From assembly GCF_036365525.1 (NCBI RefSeq), contig NC_090411.1, positions 26,672,819 through 26,736,818 of the forward strand: a DNA stretch of 64,000 nt, written 5' to 3'. How positions within the stretch are numbered: position 1 is the first letter of the stretch; the number at the start of each line of letters is the position of its first letter. The position numbers and the translations under genes are program-made. This stretch comes from Heterodontus francisci (taxonomy: Eukaryota). Shown piece after piece: positions 51,770 through 64,000 of this stretch. Under the pieces are notes generated by a model. It saw nothing but the letters and a program-made list of their open reading frames with translations. It did not search any database and was not told the DNA's origin.

Positions 51770-54270
51770 GCACTCATTATTTTATGTTATCTCTGCATTT
51801 ATCCAACCAAAATGAATCACTTCACACTTTGCTGCATTACATTTCATCTGTCTCTTGTCCACCCGTTCCAACAACCTATCTATGTCCTTTTGGAGTTCTA
51901 TACTGTCCTCCTCATAGTTCACAATGTTTCCAAGTCTTGTATCAAATGCCAATTTTGAAATTTTGCCCTGTACGGCAAGATCGGGGTTATTAATACATAT
52001 ATCAGGTACAGCAGGGGTCCTAACATCGAACCTTGGGGAACTCCACTACAAACTTTCCTCCAGTCCGAAAAACATCCATTATCACTACTCTCTGTTTCCT
52101 ATCACTCAGCCAATTTCATATCCATGTTGCTACTGTCCCTTTCATTCCATGAGCTAGAGCTTTGCTCACGAGTCTGGTTTTTGGCACTTTATCAAATGAT
52201 TTTTGGAAGTCCATGTACACCACATCAACAGCATTACCCTGATCAACCTTCTCTGTTACCTCATCAAAAACTCCAGCAAGTTGTTAAACACAATTTGCCC
52301 TTCACAAATTAGGCTTTCCATAATTAACCCACATTTGCCCAAGTGGCTATTAATTTTATCCCAAATTATAATTTCTAAAACCTTCCCACCACTGAGGTTA
52401 AACTGACTGGCCTGTAGTTGCTGGGCTTATCTTTACAACCTTTTTTGAACAATGGTGTAACATTTGCAATTCTCCAGGCCCCTGGCACCACCCCTGAATC
52501 TAAGAAAGACTGGAAAATTATGCCGCTGCAATTTCCACTCTTACTTCCTTCAGTATCCTTGGATGCATCTCATCTCGTCCTGCTGCCTTATCAACTTTAA
52601 GTACCGCGAGCCTATCCAATACCTCTTCCTTATCAATTTTAAATCATTTAAGTGCCTGAATTACTTCCTCTTTCATCATGACCTGTGCAGCATCTTCTTC
52701 CTTGGTAAAGAGAGATGCAAAGTATTCCTTTAATACCTCAGCCATACCCCCTGCCTCCATGTGTAAATCCCTTTATTAGTCCCTAATTGGCCCCACTCCT
52801 CCTTTTACCACCCTTTTACTGTTAATGTTCCCATAGAAGACCTTTGGGTTCCCTTTATATTTTCTGCCAGTCTCTTCGCGTACTCTTTGTTGCTCTTATT
52901 TGCCTTTTCACTTCCCTTGTGAACTTTCGATATTCTGCCTGGTTCTCACCTGACATCTGTCATGGCATATTTTTTCGTCTTCATCTTTATCTTTTTCATC
53001 AACCGGGGAGCTCTGGATTTGTTTGCCCCACCTTTCCCCTTTGTGGGAATATACCTTGACTGTGCCCAAACTATCTCTTCTTGAAAGGCAGCCCATTGTT
53101 CAGTTACCATTCTGTCTGCCAATCTTTGATTCCAATTAATCTGGGTCAAATCCATTCTTAACCCAATTGAAGTTGGCATTCTCCCAATCCATTATTCTTA
53201 CTCTGGATTGTTCTTTATCCTTTTCTGTAGCTAACCTAAATCTTATGATACAATGATCACTATTCCCTAAACGTTCGCCAACTGACACTTGATCCAATTG
53301 GCCCACCTCATTCCCAAGAATCAGGTCTAGCAGTGTCTCCTTTCTCATTAGACTGGAAACCATACTGCTGCAGAAAATTCTCCTGAACACACTTAAGGAA
53401 CTCTAGCCCTTCTTTTCCCTTTACATGACTACTATCCCAGTTTATATTCAGAGAATTAAAGTTCTCCATTATAACCACTCTATAATTCTTGCACTTCTCT
53501 GCAATGTCCTTCCAAATTTGCTCCTCTACACCTTTGCTGCTATTTGATGGCCGATAAATTACACCCAGCAATGTAATTGCACTTTTTTTGTTCCTCAGCT
53601 CCAGCCGAATAGATTCGGTCCTTGACTCCTCTGGGTCATCCTTTCTCTCAGGCACTGCAATGTTCTCCTTCATCAAAACTGATACCCCTCCCCCTTTCCT
53701 TCCTTTCCTATCTTTCCTGAACACCTTATATCTAGGAATATTTAGTACCCAGTCCTGCCCTTCTTTGAGCCAGGTCTCTGTTATTGCCACAACCTCATAT
53801 TTCCATGTGGCTGGCTGTGCCTGCAGCTCGCCAACCTTATTTACACTCCGCGCATTCGCAAACAGTAAAGCCTAATTTAAATGTTATTACTTCCCCTGTT
53901 CCTCTGACTCCATCTAATAAACTTGCTATTTCTTACTCTAGTGCAATCTGTATCTTTCAATTCTCTGTGCACCTTGGTGTTCCTCTGTTGTATCATCTCC
54001 TGGGTCCCACACCCCTGCCAAGTTAGTTTAAACCCTCCCAAATAGCACTAGCAAATCGCTCCGCATGGATCCTGTCCCAGCTCTGTTCTACTTGCCTGGC
54101 CTCTAAAGGTCCCATCTTCTCCAGATCTTGTCCCAGTGTCACAAGAATCTAATGCCTTCTCTCCTGCACCATCTTTCCAGTCATGCATTCATCTGGTCTA
54201 TTCTCTATTTCTATACTCACTTGCACTTGGTACCAGGAATAATCCAGAGATTACTACTTTAACTACCAGA
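51770..54270 (-). mobile_element. Old decayed CR1 LINE (duplicate of 26180-28680)
   Basis: ORF 53308..53790 carries AP-endonuclease motifs. Confidence 0.88.
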
Positions 54271-56954
54271 GACTGCTACTCCTCCTGGCTGGCCTCCCAT
54301 ATTCTAGGAGGTCATCCAGAACTCCAGTGCCCTTGTCCTCAATCACACCAAGTCCTATTCACCCATCATGCCTATCATCGCTGACCCACATTAACCTCCT
54401 GGTTAACCAAAGCCGCTATTTCAAATTCTCACCCTTCTTTTCAAATCCTTCATATGGCCTCACCCATCCCTATCTCTGCAATCTATCCGGCCCCACAGCC
54501 CTCGAAATATCTGCACTCCTTTAATTTTGGCCTTTGAGCATTTACAATTTTAATTGCTCCACCATTGCCAGCCGTACCTTCAGGAATTTCATCCTTAAAC
54601 ATCCTCACCTCTTTACCTCTCTCTCTCTATTCCTTTAAGATACTCCTTAAAATCCAGCGGTTTGATCAAGCTTTTGTCACCTCCATTTAGAATCATCCTC
54701 TCCTTCACTTACCTTCCGCTGCATCAAAATCATGAGGGTTCTGGACAGAGTAGATAGGAAGAAACTGTTCCCACTCGTGAAAGGATGATGAACGGGAGGG
54801 CATAGATTTCAGGTAATTGGTAAAAGAAAATAAGGTGAGGTCAAGGTTTGGAAAGAACTGCCTGAGAGTGTGGTGGAGGCAGGTTCAATCGAGGCTTTCA
54901 AAAGGGAATTGGACTGTTATATGAAAAGGAAGAACGCGCAGGGTTACGGGGAGAAGGCGGGGGAATGGCATTAGGTGACATGCTGATTCAGTGAGCCGGT
55001 GCAGACACAATGGGCCGAATGGCCTCCTTTGATGTTGGAACAGTTCTATGATTCTGTGATTCTGCATCCTGTTGCTGCTTTCAAGCTGGGATATGCCCAT
55101 AGAAGACGTTTGGATTCCCTTTTATATTTGCAGCCAGTCTCTCCAGCTTCGATTACCACCCCACTGTCCTCAATTGAACGATGAGTCCATCCTCTGGCTA
55201 TCAATTGGCCGCCCCAGGGAAAATCACAGTGAGTGACTGTTCCCCACACAGTACGGGTTCAGAAGCCAGCAGGGAAATTCCAGCCTTAAAGGTGGAGGCG
55301 AGCACAGTGAAGTCTAATTCTGTCCTCAGCCCATATCCACTCACACGTACACACGTGTTCACAAATACACACACGAACATATGCACACTCATACATGTGT
55401 GTGCACACAGGGGTAGCAGTGTGGATCGTCTCAGGCATTAGATCTCATTCTCTATTCAAAGAAGAGCAGGGAATTTTCCTTCAGCTTACATCACTAAAAC
55501 AGACTATCTGGTGGTCATTATCATATTGCAGTTTGTGGGAGCTTGCTGTGCACATATTAGCTACCGAATTTCCTACATTACAACAGTGACTACATTTCAA
55601 AAGTACTTCATTAGCTGCAACGTGCTTTGGGACTTTCAGAGTTCTTCCTTTCGAGTTCTGCGACAGTCGTCTGTCTGGAAGACACAAGGGCCGGGATTTT
55701 CAATTGCCGGTTGGGTGGGGAATGAATGTGGACGCAATTTGAAAACCATCACCTCTGAAACGCGGGACGGTGGGAGGGGGCAACGGGAAACCTTTTCGCC
55801 GACAATTAACAGCCCATTAACCTCCTTGAGGAGCTTGTTAACGGGACTGGGAGCGCGAGGAAGCAATTTTTAAAGGTTAGAGCGCCGAACTCAAACAGTC
55901 TGGTGCAGGTTATTGCACAGTCGTCGGGTCCAACGTGGGCAAAGGTGAAAATTCTTTTATTGGTGATGACAAATTTCGGGAGCTGGGGGATTTTCGCTGG
56001 ATCCTGCACGTTACCTTCCATTTGGCCGTTTGGCCACTTTTCAGAGCAACAATATTCTCTGAACCAAGATTAAAAAACTCTTCTTTGAATTGACACCGAC
56101 CTGAACTACATTTGGTTGCAGTTTGCGTTCAATGCCAGCTACTGTAAAAACACAGAAAAATGGTGGCTTGGAAATAACAGTGCAATATTATTGGTAAACA
56201 CTTTAATTTATTCTTGAGATGTGAGACTCACTGGCAAGGCCAGCATTTATTGCCCATCTCCAACTGGTCATGAGAAGGAGCTGGTGGGACTTGTTCTTGA
56301 ACCGCTTTAGTCCATGCGCTGAAGATGCTCCCATAGTGTTGGTCGGAAGGGAGTTCCATGATTTTGACCCGGTGACGATGAGGGAATGGTGATATATGTC
56401 CAAGTCAGAATGGTGTGTGGCTCAGAGGGGAACTTGGAGGTGGTGGCGTTCCCATACACCTGCTTCCTTTGTCCTTCGGGCTGGTGGAGGTCACATGCTA
56501 GGGAGGGGCTGTCGGAGTAGCCTTGGGGAGTTGCTGCAGTGTATCCTGTAGATAGTGCACACGGCAGCCCCAATGGAAATGGACCTTTCAGCTACCTGAC
56601 ATGTTGTTTTGTCTCTTAAGTTAATTGCACCAATCCACCATAACCAACTTGCCTCTCATGCCCTCATATTTACCTTTGTTCAGATTTAAGACCTTAGTTT
56701 CAGAATAAACTGTATCTCTTTCAAACTTCATGTAGAATTCTATCATATTGTTGTCACTATTTCCCAATGGCTCCTTTACTGCGCTGCCATTTAAATGTTA
56801 GGATAAGGAGTCCCTCAGAGTAACAAACTAATGTAACTTTACAGATCTGCATCAAGCTTGTCTTCATATCTCCCCACAACTGCCAAAATGAGGTTCTGCT
56901 GTATATTTTATTGTCATTTTTAACTCGAGGCCTGTTCAAAGTTTGTACTTTTCA

Positions 56955-57170
56955 GGGAGGTCAAAGATCAAATAAGCTGTTACATTATGGTTGAATTGTC
57001 AATTAAAGGAGCCTTACCTTCAACATTCTGATTGGCTCCTGGGTCCCAAATCCAACCCTGTGTTGATTGGAATCCTTGGACATGGCAGCTGATTAACGAT
57101 GTCATTTCCTGGTTAATAAAATGGTGTTGGGGTCCTGGAGTATAAATTCAAGTCCTTTGACAGTGTAGTT
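56955..57170 (+). promoter_or_regulatory. Proximal promoter of ferritin copy 5 (two small deletions)
   Basis: TATAAA 57141-57146; 8 bp and 21 bp deletions relative to copy 3 at ~57090-57100. Confidence 0.6.
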
Positions 57171-57236
57171 TTATGTAGTTGGTGTTAATTTGTGATAGTT
57201 TTTTTGTTGGTGTAAATTGAAAGCTACATTTACAAA

Positions 57237-60386
<3,150 letters not shown>

Positions 60387-60532
60387 TGTGGCATCACAGT
60401 ACCTAACTATTTGAATGTAGACTAGTTTGTATATGTCATGTGCATTTCCAACTGTATGCAGATAAAATGCAGCTTTATATTTAAAAAAAAAAATGCTGTA
60501 TCTAAAGAATTTAATTGTTCCACATTAATTGA

Positions 60533-60538
60533 AATAAA
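60533..60538 (+). terminator. Polyadenylation signal, copy 5
   Basis: AATAAA at the conserved position after the stop. Confidence 0.7.
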
Positions 60539-63500
60539 CCATCTTCAGTTGATCTTGTCTGTATGTAGTTATACATTATCATGCATACCACTAATACTAT
60601 TAAAATTTGGCAACTTATAGTTCAGTCATTTGAAGTCAGTTTACTTGCTGATTTCTTGCTGGTTGGTTCAGCTAGTTACAATAGTGATATGACTGGAGAG
60701 GAGCCCAGTTGAGTATCCCATTTGGGGGGGGGGGGGGGGGTGGAGTTGAGTTTCTTGGTCTTTGACTTGCCAATGACCAACTGTGTCTTCATGACATGTG
60801 GTGACATGAGCTCAGATTGTCCAGAACAAATTGACATGGGTTCAAGTACTAGACTCTTGGGGGATGTGGGGGGAAGATCTTGAATAAGAGTTACTATTCT
60901 ACACTAAAGTGAAATGCTTTTTCTGGCCTTGGGAGGTTACAAATTCCAGGGAAGCTAGCCCCTCAAACATCTCATTAGGTTGTCTTGTACTGCAAGAGAC
61001 ACTTTTAAAATAACTTCTTTGGGGGTGGGGTGGGGGAAGAAGGAAGAAAACCTTCTGTTCCCATTTCCTCATTAGATGCTATCTTCATCTACAGATCTAA
61101 GTTGCTTTCTATCAGCTGGTTAGGAACCTGTGTCCTCAAATTATAACTGGTGTTGACTTTAGAATCTAAAGTCAAAGCAAATTGATTTGAGCCTTAAGAA
61201 GTGAACTGGCTGGCCGGACCAAGTCCAGCTCTATCAAACTATCCTGAATTTGACATCAAGCCATTGCTCTATTACTGAGTCAAAGTCTTGGAGCTCCTTA
61301 ACAACGTCCTCTCTAAATTCTGGTTGCTGTGCAACCCCCACTGCCTTGTGGGTGTTGCGGTAGAGGCCAAGGCTAAGGGAGTAAACCCTAACAGATATTC
61401 CGGAGTGGAACCCCGTAGGCAGTCATGTGTCACCTTTGGCATGTTTCCAGCAGTTCCTGCAGCCATACCAGTGCCAAACGTCGTGCTCTGCACTCCTTTG
61501 GACCTCACCAGAAAGGCCGAGAGGGGGATTTTGACGACTGGGCAACTCTCAACCTCCATAAACTTGCCCAGGCATATGCCATGGAGAGGTCACTCCATAG
61601 TTGCCTCACAGCGACTGAAACAACATGGAAGGCAGCAGGCCAGTGCAAAGTCAATTATAAGGTGGCAATTATAATCTTAAAGGCAACATTGCTTGTGTAG
61701 CACATTGCTGCACTGCTTTGAAGGACTGTTGCTCCTGATTTAACTGCAAAAGTCTCACTAGAGACAGTAGCAATTCAAGGCAGCTCACCCCTGTCAAGGG
61801 CAACTCGGGATGTGTCATAAATGTCTGTCTTAAAAAAAAAAATGAATGAAATCCCATTGTTACCATGAATACAGCAGTTTGTGAATTTAAACATAGCAAG
61901 CTTTAATAGTCATAGTCGTACAGCATTGAAACAGGCCCTTCGGCCCACCATGACCATCATGCCTATCTATACTAATCCCACCTGCCTGCATTAATTCCAT
62001 ATCCCTCTATGCCTTGCTCATTCAAGTACCTGTCCAAATGCCTCTTAAATGTCACTACTGTTCCTGCCTCCACCACCTCCTCAAGCAGCTCATTCCGGAT
62101 ACCCACCATTCTTTGTGAAAAATTTACCCCTTTGATCCCCTTTAAACCTCCTCACCTTAAATCTATGCCCTCTAGTTTTAGTTACCCCAACCATGGGAAA
62201 CAGACTCTGGCTATCTACCCGATATATGACTCTCATAATTTTATATACCTTTATCATGTCCCCTCTCAGCCTCCTTCGCTCCAGGGAAAACAGACCCAGT
62301 TTTCCAATCTCTTTAGAACTCAAGCCCTCAAAACCAGGCAACATCCTTGTGAAATAAAAACAAGAAATGTTGGAAGTATTCAGCAGGTCTGGCAGCATCT
62401 GTGGAGAGAGAAGCAGAGTTAACGTTTTGGGTCAGTGACCCTTCTTCGGAACTGGCAAATATTAGAAATTTGAAAGGTTATAAGCAAGTAAAGTGGGGGT
62501 GGGGCAAGAGATAACAAAGGAGAAGGTGTAGATAGGACAAGGCCACAGAATAGCTGAACAGAAGGTCATAGAGCAAAGGCAAACAATATGTTAATGGTGT
62601 GTTGAAAGACAAAGCATTAGTACAGATAGAGTGTTAACGGACTGAAAAATTGAACAGCAAGTATAAACATAAAAAAAAACAGTGGGTAAGCAAACTGAAC
62701 AAACTAAGATGAAATAAAATAAACATACAAAGAAAAATGTAAAAATTGTAAAAAAAAGAATAACTAAAAGTAAAAGTAAAATGGGGGGCCCGTCATGCTC
62801 TGAAATTATCTGAAATAGATCGAGGTTATTAATATATATATCAGGTACAGCAGGGGTCCTAACATCGAACCATGGGAAACTCCATGACAAACTTTCCTCC
62901 AGTCTGAAAAACATCCATTATCACTACTCTCTGTTTCCTATCACTCAGCCAATTTCATATCCATGTTGCTACTGTCCCTTTCATTCCATGAGCTAGAGCT
63001 TTGCTCACGAGTCTGTTTTTTGGCACTCTATCAAATGCTTTTGGAAGGCCATGTACACCACATCAACAGCATTACCCTGATCAACCTTCTCTGTTAACTC
63101 ATCAAAAACTCCAGCAAGTTGTTAACCATAATTTGCCATTCATAAAATAGGCTTTCTATAATTAACCCACATTTGCCCAAGTGACTATAAATTTTATTCC
63201 AAGTTATCATTTCTAAAACCTTCCCAAAACTGATGTTAAACTGACTGGCCCGTAGTTGCTGGGCTTATCTTTACAACCTTTTTTGAACAATGGTGTAACA
63301 TTTGAAATTCTTCAGGCCCCTGGCACCACCCCTGAATCTAAGGAAGACTGGAAAATTATGCCTTTGCAGTTTCCACTCTCACTTCCCTCAGTATCCTTGG
63401 ATGCATCTCATCTGGTCCTGGTGCCTTATCAACTTTAAGTACAGCTAGCCTATCCAATACCACCTCCTTATCAATTTTAAATCATTCAAGTAACTGAATT

Positions 63501-64000
63501 ACTTCCTCTTTCATCATGTCCTGTGCAGCATCTTCTTCCTTGGTAAAGAGAGATGCAAAGTATTCATTTAAAACCTCAGCCATGCCCCCTGACTCCATGT
63601 GTAAATCCCCTTTCTGGTCCCTAATTGGCACCACTCCTCCTTTCACCACCCTTTTACTATTTAATATTAATAAGAAGACTTTTGGTTTTCCTTTTATATT
63701 TTCTGCCAGCCTCTTTTCATATTCTCTCTTTGCTTCTCTTATTTGCATGTTTCACTTCCCCTCTGAACATTCCATATTCTGCCTAGTTCTCGGTTGTATT
63801 ATGCATCTGTCATAAACACATTTTTTCTTCTTCATCTTAATCTCTATCTCTTTCATCGTCCAGGGAGCTCTGGATTTGGCTGCCCCACCATTCCCCTTCA
63901 TGGGAATATACCTTGACTGTGCTCAGACTATCCCTTCTTTCAGGCAGCCCATTGTTAAATTATTGTTTTGCCTGCCAACCTTTGATTCCAATTTATCTGG

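Overview
Eukaryotic, repeat-rich genomic DNA, most likely from a cartilaginous fish (it carries an HE1-type V-SINE, CR1/HER1-like and L2-like LINEs, and Penelope fragments). The only host genes are five intact, head-to-tail, 4-exon ferritin genes on the + strand (ATGs at 5578, 17347, 31677, 43467, 57237). Each encodes 176 aa with GT-AG phase-0 introns at the canonical vertebrate ferritin positions. They alternate between a long-intron-1 type (A: copies 1, 3, 5) and a short-intron-1 type with a LINE in intron 3 (B: copies 2, 4), forming a ~26 kb two-gene higher-order repeat that probably continues beyond both window edges. The key observation is that all five proteins are H/M-like but carry Lys at the bridging ferroxidase ligand (human H-chain E62), the same change as in mammalian L-chain. 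They also have a His cluster (HHSH) instead of the L/M nucleation glutamates, lack the NCOA4-binding Arg, and have no recognisable iron-responsive element. This suggests an amplified, IRE-independent, probably ferroxidase-deficient ferritin subfamily. Nearly all other ORFs in the track are decayed retrotransposon fragments.
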